Both the position numbers and the translations under genes were made by a program. The notes below the pieces were generated by a model. It was not told the origin of the DNA, made no database searches, and saw nothing but the letters and a program-made list of their open reading frames with translations. DNA of 64,000 nt. Origin: an uncultured bacterium (lineage in GTDB: Bacteria; Babelota; Babeliae; Babelales; Vermiphilaceae). Location of the stretch: contig CAVSFC010000002.1 in the NCBI GenBank assembly GCA_963727255.1, positions 330,412 through 394,411 on the forward strand, read 5' to 3'. Shown here one piece after another: positions 1-7,901 of this stretch (position 1 is its first letter; each line of letters opens with the position of its first letter).

Positions 1-608
1 CTGCAAGAAAAGCTCAGAAGCGCGATCAAGAATCAAGCTGATTATCATTGCGAGGCTCAGGCAAAACTTCTTTAAGCAATGCTCTGATCGTGTAACCGGC
101 AGCGCATTTTTCGCCTGGAATCATCAAGAGATTTAGGCAAGAAGGCAAGCGTATCGCCAATCTTAACGGCAGCACCACCACGCTCACATTTATGAATGAT
201 TCCATGAATAATGGTGCCTTCTTTGTCTTTAAATTCTTCATAAACCGCTGAGCTTCAATTCTTCTGATGCTGTTGGCAATAACTTGCTTGGCGCGCAAAA
301 TCTCAATACGTCCAATTTTTCCATCAAAGGGAACCTTGATCGTTGTCGCCAAGCTCAGCCTTTTCGTCTAATAGCCCGTGCCTTGCGAAGGCTGATCTGC
401 CGATCTTCATCTTCAACAGTATTAACAACTTCTTTTTCGATCAAAATAACCATTTCATTGGTTTTTTTGTCGAATTCAACCTTAAGGGTAAGATCAGGAT
501 ATTTTTTTCATATGCAGCAAGCATTCCTTCGCAGACTATGCCACTTAAAATGTCTTTGTCTAGACCACGCTCTTCAACGAGTTCGTCAATAACTTCAGTG
601 AGTTTCAC
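1..608 (-). pseudogene. nusA: NusA transcription termination/antitermination factor, 5' ~600 nt (3' end runs off the window); frame interrupted by at least 5 single-base indels
   Basis: GTG at 608 with GAAGG about 9 nt upstream. Pieces in different frames read VKLTEVIDELVEERGLDKDILSGIVCEGMLAAYEK / KYPDLTLKVEFDKKTNEMVILIEKEVV..RQISLRKARAI / TIKVPFDGKIGRIEILRAKQVIANSIRRIEA / EEFKDKEGTIIHGIIHKCERGGAAVKIGDTLAFLPKS (S1 domain) / LMIPGEKCAAGYTIRALLKEVLPEPRNDNQL / LILDRASELFLQ. One break lies in a T7 run (502-508). Confidence 0.75.
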
Positions 609-920
609 TGTTAATTGCCTTCTAAATAGGAGTTGCTTGTTTGATGAAAATTGTGTTGTCGAATAAATTATAAAGATTTAATTATGACAATCGTACATAT
701 ACGTAAGTGTATTACAAACCCACGCTTTAGCGCAAGCTCAACATTATCAAGTTCTAGGTCGTCAATTTGAGCCTTCATTTCTGCCATCCGCCTTATTATT
801 ATATTTATATATATATTAATACTTATAATAATAATAGGTGAGCCGGTTTTTGGTGGATAACTTACCTTGATGGCCATATCTGTTTATTGATCTAATCAAG
901 CATTTCGAAGAGCATTGAGT

Positions 921-963
921 GGTGGATAACTTGGTGGATAAGTGGTGGATAACTTGTGGATAA
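921..963 (-). repeat. Array of four DnaA-box-like 9-mers spaced 11-12 bp apart (left arm of an inverted pair of arrays)
   Basis: ggtggataacttggtggataagtggtggataacttgtggataa. The reverse complement of 1066-1108 is nearly identical. Confidence 0.75.
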
Positions 964-1065
964 CTTTTTGTTGCGCTTGAAATTGCGCTTTGAATGATAG
1001 GCTTTTAAGGGGTTTTGCTGGCTAAGCGCCTTTCATGGCGATACTATTGGATGTTGCGCAATGAG

Positions 1066-1108
1066 TTATCCACCACTTATCCACCACTTATCCACCAAGT
1101 TATCCACC
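1066..1108 (+). repeat. Array of four DnaA-box-like 9-mers spaced 11-12 bp apart (right arm)
   Basis: ttatccaccacttatccaccacttatccaccaagttatccacc. Confidence 0.75.
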
Positions 1109-1624
1109 AGACACATATGAAATATCAGGATCGGGAAGGCATTTTTCTATTCAGCCAGAATACTTTTCTCCATTGTTGCAGGGGCTTGACGGCGTAGTTT
1201 GTATAATAAGAATCGTCAAAACAATAAAGACGACCAGATTTTGTGTATGTAAAACTGTATTAATTAGCCAAATAAATCAATTGTATTCATACAGGATTTG
1301 ATGAGGAGTGAGCGGTTAAATGCTCGTGCTTAATTTCAGTCTGAAAAATTTAATTGCAAGACTCATTTAAAACAAATTGTTTTTGCTGAATGTCATCATT
1401 CAGAGAGAAATATTTTAATATCTGAGCGGATGTTGCAATTCTTTTTGAATGATTTATTAAAAAGCATAATGCTTCTCTTTTTGTATTGAATCAGAAATGC
1501 AACACGGGTAAATCTGTTGCAAATTAGGGAGCAAGGTCCGCGTATAGCGTGTTGCATTTCTGCTGTAATAACTATCTGATCGGGATAAAGAATCATCTGA
1601 GTTTTAAAAAAATGAAACGTTGCG

Positions 1625-2212
1625 CTAGTTTTGGGCCAATTGGTATGCCTTTGCAATGTCTTCATACAGGGTATTAAGTTCCTTGGGATTTCTTAGAATA
1701 TAGGCTGGATGATAGGTAGGCATAATAATATATTCCGGGAGGTTAGCAGCGACAATCGGTTTGCCTCGAACGGTTGAGATTTTTATGTGATAATCATTGA
1801 GCAATCCTTGAAGCGCGGTAGCCCCTAAGCTGCAAATGATTTTAGGGCGAATGATTTTGATCTGATTAAAGAGCAAAAGATTGGTGCAGGTGAGCACTTC
1901 ATTTTCAAGGGGTTTGCGGTTATTAGGAGGTCTGCATTTTACTACGTTGGTGATGAATACTTGGCTTCTTTCAAGGCCTGCACATTCAAAAATCTTATCG
2001 AGCAACTTGCCCGATCTGCCTACGAATGGTTTTCCTAATCGGTCCTCATCCTGTCCGGGGCCTTCTCCAACAAACATGAGCTTGGCATCGGGGTTGCCTG
2101 ATCCAAATACTACATTGGTTCTTCCCAGTTTGCCTAACGGGCACTGGACGCATTTTATATACGGCGCATACAGTTTATTAAGAAGTTCTTGTTTATATGT
2201 TTTAATATCCAT
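1625..2212 (-). CDS. Uracil-DNA glycosylase, family 4
   Basis: 195-aa ORF. CVQCPLGKLGRTNVVFGSGNPDAKLMFVGEGPGQDEDRLGKPFVGRSGKLL and ITNVVKCRPPNNRKP...HPAYILRNP match the family-4 UDG signature blocks. Confidence 0.85.
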   Translation of the reverse strand: MDIKTYKQELLNKLYAPYIKCVQCPLGKLGRTNVVFGSGNPDAKLMFVGEGPGQDEDRLGKPFVGRSGKLLDKIFECAGLERSQVFITNVVKCRPPNNRKPLENEVLTCTNLLLFNQIKIIRPKIICSLGATALQGLLNDYHIKISTVRGKPIVAANLPEYIIMPTYHPAYILRNPKELNTLYEDIAKAYQLAQN

Positions 2213-2238
2213 CGCGTGAGTTTGCCTTCAAGTGAAAG

Positions 2239-2258
2239 CTCCCGGCAAAAACCGGGAG
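2239..2258 (-). terminator. Weak hairpin downstream of the C11 peptidase gene
   Basis: ctcccgg-caaaaa-ccgggag, 30 nt after the stop at 2288. Only a short T-rich tail follows on the minus strand. Confidence 0.3.
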
Positions 2259-2287
2259 CGAATATTTTAAGACTAGGTTATCGATTC

Positions 2288-3625
2288 TTATCCGTTTAAT
2301 AAATAGGCGGTTAGGAATTTTGTCCAGTTATTTTTTGCAAAGTTAGATTTTTTGTATGAAGGATGAATTTTTCTGTCTGGGAAGAAAATAGAAATTCCCG
2401 ATGCATACGGAAGATTTGAACCGCAGACATTTCTGATGACTACTCTTTTTATGATTCCCATGCCTTCTTGCAGTATTCGTATAATTTCCGAAGCGAGTAG
2501 ATTTGGATTTGGGAAAGTATCCCGTAACGCCTTAGAGAGATTTTTATAAAAATGAAGTAAATCAATATATGTTGGCTCATTAAAGTGAGTGCAGTTTCCT
2601 TTTCTTTTGCTATGAGCAAGTATATTTCTATAAACGCTTGCTTGATCGGTTGATAGTGCGCCCGTTAGTGCATCCCCCAATTGGCTTACATTTGCTTCAA
2701 GCTGATCAATAATAGCAAGATCAAGGGCCGATTGAGTGTAATCAACAAATCCCGGATGATTTCCGCTGGGCTTATATGCGGTTGCAAAGGCATCTACAAT
2801 ATGGGATGCAAGACCATGGGCATCGGGCGCTCCTCTCAGAAATGCCAGCAACGCTTCATCATATCTCCAGCCTGGCCCGGGCTCAACTTCCTGTGAGGCG
2901 ATTTGGATATTTGCAAACTGTTTAGTGATCTCTGCAACTTCGATCATTGCCATCAGGCATGCATCGAAGGCGATAATATCAAATTTTCTTCCGCCCAGAA
3001 TGGTATTCTTGATTTCTGAGAGAGCGGCCTCCAGTTTTTGATTGGTCAAATAATTGCCCGTGGTATCATCCCAGCAAATTCCTTTGGGATCATTAAGCGC
3101 TTCAATCAAATCAAGGAATCCTATAGTTCGATCAAGCTCAAAAACATTAGTATGGGAATTATACGTATAGAGCATTTTCGTATCAATTTGACGCCGGCCA
3201 TACGGATCAATAATTCCGGTGCCATGATTCCAGAGCACGAGCATATAGCGCTCTGCCGGATAATTAGTTATTGCCCAGCGGCACGCAGAAACAAGGGTTG
3301 CCGGGTCGCCGCTATCCATCGGAGTTTTTTCATTGGGAATCTCAACTTGGACCGGATTATTTTTTTCTACATAATAGCGGCGGGTTATTTTTTTGCTTCC
3401 ATGCATACGGATATCCAAATGAACGCAGAGATTTACATACTGATTCGATCCGATAAGCGACATTTGCTTAATATTTCGCGATGCATAATCGCGTAGATTG
3501 TTATCTGCGGCTGCATAGACAATAAATGTCCAGGGTTTTTTTTCTTTTGGATTAGTTGAACCAAATAGCAAAAATATGATGATAAAAAAATGAAAGAAAA
3601 TGCAATCTTTTAGCAAGCGTACCAT
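2288..3625 (-). CDS. Clostripain-like cysteine peptidase (family C11), membrane-anchored or secreted
   Basis: 445-aa ORF with an N-terminal hydrophobic segment. FIVYAAADNNL, LVLWNHGTG (His) and IIAFDACLMA (Cys) fit the C11 His/Cys dyad context. Confidence 0.7.
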   Translation of the reverse strand: MVRLLKDCIFFHFFIIIFLLFGSTNPKEKKPWTFIVYAAADNNLRDYASRNIKQMSLIGSNQYVNLCVHLDIRMHGSKKITRRYYVEKNNPVQVEIPNEKTPMDSGDPATLVSACRWAITNYPAERYMLVLWNHGTGIIDPYGRRQIDTKMLYTYNSHTNVFELDRTIGFLDLIEALNDPKGICWDDTTGNYLTNQKLEAALSEIKNTILGGRKFDIIAFDACLMAMIEVAEITKQFANIQIASQEVEPGPGWRYDEALLAFLRGAPDAHGLASHIVDAFATAYKPSGNHPGFVDYTQSALDLAIIDQLEANVSQLGDALTGALSTDQASVYRNILAHSKRKGNCTHFNEPTYIDLLHFYKNLSKALRDTFPNPNLLASEIIRILQEGMGIIKRVVIRNVCGSNLPYASGISIFFPDRKIHPSYKKSNFAKNNWTKFLTAYLLNG

Positions 3626-3701
3626 AATCCCTACTCCCCTTTAATGGTATATATGCCCTATACCTTAAGGTATTCAAAGTCGGAGGGATGGCACAATATT
3701 T

Positions 3702-4811
3702 TTATGAATAGCCCTGTTTTTTACGCGCTTCTATATGGTTAAACCACGCGAGCGCAAAGGTGAGTCCAAAGCTCAGTTGAAAATCGAGGAAGAATAATTG
3801 CAACGGATTTATGCACAATACTAATGCGGTCACTAAAACAACCAGATGAACATAATGGGAAGGAGATCGCGCTAACAAACACCATTTATAAATGAGGACC
3901 ATTAAGAGCGCACGTTCAAATGAGACACTCGACCAAGAAAGAACTGCATAGGTAAGAATAAGCATAATTAAAAACAGTTGCTTAAATAGGTAGGAAAGTG
4001 GCAGTAAGCTTAAAATAAAATGCCAAACAATCACAAAGATAACCAAATGTAAACCCGAACGGGCAAGATAATGGCTGGTTCCCCAAATCTTAAATGGTTC
4101 TTTCGTTGAATCCATTTGCTTTTTTACCGCAGTACGATTTCCAAGAAATATCGAAGAAAACAATTGGAATGTCTCGCGATTTATTTTAGATCGCAATGTT
4201 GCAAAAAGAGATTCTTTAAAATAAAACAACGAACGCATAAAACTAAAATTGGGCCGTTCTATGAGGGTATATTTTAGATTCTCAAGAAAAAGCGTTGCAG
4301 AAATTTTTTCTTTGGCCAGATAGGTGTTAAAAGAAGAATTCGAACTTTGTTTAAAGGCAACATCATTAATTTCAACGAGATCTCCGACCAAAAGATCGGG
4401 TTTATCTTTTATATACAATGCAATAGTTTCTCCGCATTGATGCCAAGTATCCTGTTTTTGTATTTGATCAGTTTCTATGATCATGCGAAATGAAAAGCGA
4501 GGATTTTGTATTTTTTCAATGCTGGAAATATATCCGTGCAAGGTAATGGCATCCTCTGCAACCAGATTAAGAAAATTCTTTTGAGTTTTTTGTTGCATGT
4601 AACAAAGAATTGATCCTGCAAGGAATGATAGCGCAACAATAGTATAGAGTGGCTTATTGTAGCCCTTGGCCCAACGATAAAAAATACCAAAAATAATAAG
4701 CAGTGCTGCTATACCAAGCTGTACCGAAAGCCAGACTCGCAGAAACTGGCAAGTGATACCCACCATCATGGAAAGCGTTACATGCGATAAATAATGAAGA
4801 CGCGGGAACAT
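3702..4811 (-). CDS. ComEC/Rec2-family membrane protein, short form (DUF4131-like OB region plus part of the competence domain; no metallo-beta-lactamase domain)
   Basis: 369-aa polytopic ORF. FNTYLAKEKISATLF..., FLGNRTAVKKQ..FKIWGTSHYLARSGLHLVIF resemble the ComEC core (..GxxHLLAISGLH..). Confidence 0.6.
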   Translation of the reverse strand: MFPRLHYLSHVTLSMMVGITCQFLRVWLSVQLGIAALLIIFGIFYRWAKGYNKPLYTIVALSFLAGSILCYMQQKTQKNFLNLVAEDAITLHGYISSIEKIQNPRFSFRMIIETDQIQKQDTWHQCGETIALYIKDKPDLLVGDLVEINDVAFKQSSNSSFNTYLAKEKISATLFLENLKYTLIERPNFSFMRSLFYFKESLFATLRSKINRETFQLFSSIFLGNRTAVKKQMDSTKEPFKIWGTSHYLARSGLHLVIFVIVWHFILSLLPLSYLFKQLFLIMLILTYAVLSWSSVSFERALLMVLIYKWCLLARSPSHYVHLVVLVTALVLCINPLQLFFLDFQLSFGLTFALAWFNHIEARKKQGYS

Positions 4812-4877
4812 AAAATGTGAGGTGAAATATTTTAAAATACCTATTGTGATGATGCCCTAGTCAAAGTTGTGAATCTA

Positions 4878-5900
4878 TTATCTATGATTTGCAAGAAGAG
4901 CCTTTACTTCTTGAATAAAAGGCGATTCTCCATTGAGAGATTCCATTCCAAAGACCATATCCAATACAGATGGAGACCTAGCAAAAGGCCGATAGTCTGG
5001 ATTTACACCATTTTTGAGAAATAGTTTTAAAAGATCGATATCTTCCTGTTTTATTGTTTTGCATGTTGCAAATATGGAACAGGGAGTTCCAATCTCAGTT
5101 ATTATGGCATAAGGATTAGCTCCATTTGCAAAGAGCATGTCAGCGATTTCAGTACAATAGGGAATTTTTTTATCCCATATTTGAACCAGGATTTCCAAGG
5201 GAAGCCTTCCCGCCGCATCTTTCTCATGCACCGTTTTAGGTGTCACGAATTTTTTTACTAAGGAAAGATCACAAAGCTCAAGCGCATGGGCAAGAGTTGT
5301 TGCTTTTGTTGCAAATAAAGCGGCAACCTTACTGAGTCCTTTGGTTTGATCTGGAGGCACGGTGCGAGCTACAGTCAAATTGAATGCTGCAGAGTTTTTT
5401 TCTTTTCGCTCCTTAAAAAAAGGATTTGCGCCTTTCGAGAGGAGAAATTCTAATGGTGGCAGATAGTCTTCGCGCATTGCGATACTTGTTGCAAATATTA
5501 TAGCAGAAATATTCTGGCCTGGTTTGCATCGATTTATAAACGCCTTTTTTTGAGTAAGAAATTCTAGAACAGGATTACTTGCTGCTGGGTTTTTTCGTTC
5601 AAAAGCATCGCAAAGAGCAGCTTGTAAGAGTGATGTCCCATTTTTATCCAGAGAATTTGGATCAATGCCTTCTTCATTTATTAGGTGTTGCAAACATATT
5701 AAATTGCTTCTCGATGCAGCAGTAAATGCGAGCGCTTTTAGCTGATTTTCTTCCGGCTCGGGAGTTGAAGTTCTTAAATCTCCGGCATTGATGAGTTTTA
5801 ATTTCATTTCTTTGTGTTTTTGTTCATCAACCATGCAAGAGAGCGAGAGCGTAAAAAGCGCAAATAGTGTTATAAAAATGGATATAGATTTTGTCTTCAT
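4878..5900 (-). CDS. Secreted divergent ankyrin-repeat-like protein
   Basis: 340 aa with a signal-like N-terminus (..TLSLSC|MVDE). Repeated DKNGTSLLQAAL, LLSKGANPF, DAAGRLPLEILV, LFANGANPY, FLKNGVNPDY. Paralogous to 11023-12126 and 12107-13240. Confidence 0.6.
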   Translation of the reverse strand: MKTKSISIFITLFALFTLSLSCMVDEQKHKEMKLKLINAGDLRTSTPEPEENQLKALAFTAASRSNLICLQHLINEEGIDPNSLDKNGTSLLQAALCDAFERKNPAASNPVLEFLTQKKAFINRCKPGQNISAIIFATSIAMREDYLPPLEFLLSKGANPFFKERKEKNSAAFNLTVARTVPPDQTKGLSKVAALFATKATTLAHALELCDLSLVKKFVTPKTVHEKDAAGRLPLEILVQIWDKKIPYCTEIADMLFANGANPYAIITEIGTPCSIFATCKTIKQEDIDLLKLFLKNGVNPDYRPFARSPSVLDMVFGMESLNGESPFIQEVKALLANHR

Positions 5901-5926
5901 AGTGGCTCAACTTAGTATGTTAATTT

Positions 5927-6232
5927 TTATTTTTTAAGAGTTTCTATGCGCTTTATAATATCAGAAACATCAACATTATGCGACTTTTCCAGATTTTTAA
6001 GGCGTTCTATAATCGATTTTCCGCTGGCATCGCTCAGTGTAGCGTTTTCTTTATCAAGAAGTGTATGCAAAAAATCAAAATTTTGATGATCAATTGCGGA
6101 AAAAATTAGATCCCTTATGAGCTCATTGGAATTTTGTCGTGGGCATCCAGGGCTGCTTATATCTCTATGTTCCGATGCATCAAGAGAGCAACTGCAAAAC
6201 AATATTAATACCAGTATCTTTACTATCATTAT
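5927..6232 (-). CDS. Small secreted hypothetical protein (start moved to the internal ATG with an AAGGGGGA RBS)
   Basis: MIVKILVLILFCSCSLDA signal-like N-terminus. The longer ORF to 6349 would overlap the upstream gene. Confidence 0.5.
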   Translation of the reverse strand: MMIVKILVLILFCSCSLDASEHRDISSPGCPRQNSNELIRDLIFSAIDHQNFDFLHTLLDKENATLSDASGKSIIERLKNLEKSHNVDVSDIIKRIETLKK

Positions 6233-6306
6233 CTGTCCCCCTTTTTTATTTAAAGTACAAAAATTGGGAACCAAAACGCAAAGATATTCCACTTTTCTGG
6301 GCTGTA

Positions 6307-7776
6307 TTATGGATTGTTTGAGCTTAAATCTCGGCGGCAGATTGGGCAATTGTTATTATTGCTCTGGCCAAGCTTTTTTAGGCAATCGCCGCAAAAAATA
6401 TGCTTACATTTTGTAACGCTGTCAGCAAAGTTTACAAAGCATACCGGGCAAACTGCATTGATTGTTTCAGGATCAATCTCATACTTAGCGATTAGTTGTT
6501 TTTTATAGGGGATGGGAGCCATTAAGAACTTTTCGAGAAGAAAAGGGTAATCGGTTAACAATTGTTTATCGGCGAATGCACAAATTATACTGAGTATTAA
6601 AGATGGTGGTTCGTTGGAGAGCACCGCAATGATTTTTTTGCAGCTAGCCTTATATACAAATGATTGAGACCCAGCAGCAATAGTATAATTATCGCCGCTT
6701 ATTGCTACCGTAGAAAAATGCTCACCTGGGGCATCGAATTGTGCTAGGCATGATTTATTTGCAAATTCTACTAACTTTACATGCCCATCCCAATGCCCGG
6801 TAACGGCATAATTTCCGCAACTACTTATTGCGGCCGCAATGATAGTCTTTAATTCTTTTGCGGTTTCTCCTTGACAATTTTCAGTCGATACCCGAACGAT
6901 TTCTTGGTTAGTTGCAAGAAGGCCGTATTTGCCATCAGGTGTAATATCAACGGAAACAAAATTTTTACGTTGACATTTAAAATCACTCAAAGTAGGTTTC
7001 TTATCCTTATAGTGAAATTTTTTCAATTTATTTTGATATGCGATCAACCCCCAGCTGCCATCATCGCTCATTGCAAATGCTATAGGAGTTTTTGAACGAT
7101 TAGGGAATGTATTTCTTTCCTTTCCATCACTTTTTACAATTTCTAGCTCCTCATCATAATGATGGAAGAGTGCGAATTTTCCACGAGATGTGAGAAGGAG
7201 CATTTTTACATTTTGTGAAAGTATGTCATTAGAACAAGTTGTGCCGGTATAGTTGTTATATTTACTCAGACAATTTTTTGAAGCTGTTAAAATAAGTCCC
7301 GGTTGATCCAAACATTTTGAGGCTATTACTGTTGACTTCAAGTAATTGATGGCGCAAACCAACCCTTTTTCCGTAAAATATGCCGATGTATTATTAGTTT
7401 TTGTAAGCGACATATGGCTGCCATCATGATCGAGCGATATTGATTGCGCTGGGCAGTTGATATGATAAAGTTGTGCGGAACCTGAATCAAAACTTTCTGA
7501 AATAGAAGTTGGCCCGATTTCTTCTTTTTGAATTTTCTGAACGTTTGCATTAACCAATCCGCTGATTTGATAGAACGTGCCTAGATATCTTTCAAGCAAG
7601 ATCTTGCTAATCTCCTGTTTTTTTTCATGAGAATCAGCACGTTGGCATAATTTTTCTAAATCCTGACCAAGTGGGAGAGCAAGCAATTCTTGTGCCAATG
7701 CTTCGGGAGTTTTGCTAGATTCCATAGCAAAAACTGAAGAACACACAAGAAGCACAATAAAAAAATAAGAAATCAC
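6307..7776 (-). CDS. Secreted WD40-like beta-propeller protein with a C-terminal C3HC4 RING finger (E3 ubiquitin-ligase-like)
   Basis: 489 aa, GTG start, signal ..SSVFA|MESS. Repeats include AMSDDGSWGLIAY, DITPDGKYGLLAT, SSCGNYAVTGHWDGHVKLVEF, AISGDNYTIAAG. C-terminus CPVCFVNFADSVTKCKHIFCGDCLKKLGQSNNNNCPIC = C-X2-C-X10-C-X-H-X2-C-X2-C-X11-C-X2-C. Confidence 0.75.
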   Translation of the reverse strand: MISYFFIVLLVCSSVFAMESSKTPEALAQELLALPLGQDLEKLCQRADSHEKKQEISKILLERYLGTFYQISGLVNANVQKIQKEEIGPTSISESFDSGSAQLYHINCPAQSISLDHDGSHMSLTKTNNTSAYFTEKGLVCAINYLKSTVIASKCLDQPGLILTASKNCLSKYNNYTGTTCSNDILSQNVKMLLLTSRGKFALFHHYDEELEIVKSDGKERNTFPNRSKTPIAFAMSDDGSWGLIAYQNKLKKFHYKDKKPTLSDFKCQRKNFVSVDITPDGKYGLLATNQEIVRVSTENCQGETAKELKTIIAAAISSCGNYAVTGHWDGHVKLVEFANKSCLAQFDAPGEHFSTVAISGDNYTIAAGSQSFVYKASCKKIIAVLSNEPPSLILSIICAFADKQLLTDYPFLLEKFLMAPIPYKKQLIAKYEIDPETINAVCPVCFVNFADSVTKCKHIFCGDCLKKLGQSNNNNCPICRRDLSSNNP

Positions 7777-7901
7777 AATGAGAACCTAATGTTTAAAAAC
7801 TATTTATTAAATCAATACTTTAAGATATAAGAGCATTGTTTGTCAAATAAGCAATGGTGCGGCATACTGATTAAAAATTCTTTTTTAAAATCGGGTTAAA
7901 A

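Larger units (their letters stand above)
791..1108. promoter_or_regulatory. Candidate replication origin (oriC) or other DnaA-binding locus: AT-rich unwinding-type stretch plus nine DnaA-box 9-mers
   Basis: 791-838 is almost pure A/T (ccttattattatatttatatatatattaatacttataataataatagg). TTATCCAC[C/A] (DnaA box consensus TTATCCACA) occurs on the minus strand at 852-860, 921-929, 933-941, 944-952 and 955-963 (the last is a perfect TTATCCACA). It occurs on the plus strand at 1066-1074, 1077-1085, 1088-1096 and 1100-1108. The locus lies in the non-coding gap between nusA and udg. Confidence 0.55.

Noticed and set aside
852-1108. Short direct and inverted repeats that could be mistaken for a CRISPR array or tandem-repeat locus
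   Set aside because: The repeat unit is only 9-12 bp, with no spacers of 25-40 bp and no cas genes. The unit equals the DnaA-box consensus.
1015-1197. 60-aa ORF (..STTYPPLIHQVIHQ..) and the 69-aa ORF at 668-877
   Set aside because: They are translations of the DnaA-box array and of the AT-rich tract. The repetitive peptide comes straight from the 11-12 bp DNA repeats. There is no RBS and no coding-like composition.
1396-1665. 89-aa minus-strand ORF overlapping the 3' end of udg
   Set aside because: It overlaps udg by 41 nt in another frame and contains the 15-bp inverted repeat. It has no signal or domain features, so I treat the region as non-coding.
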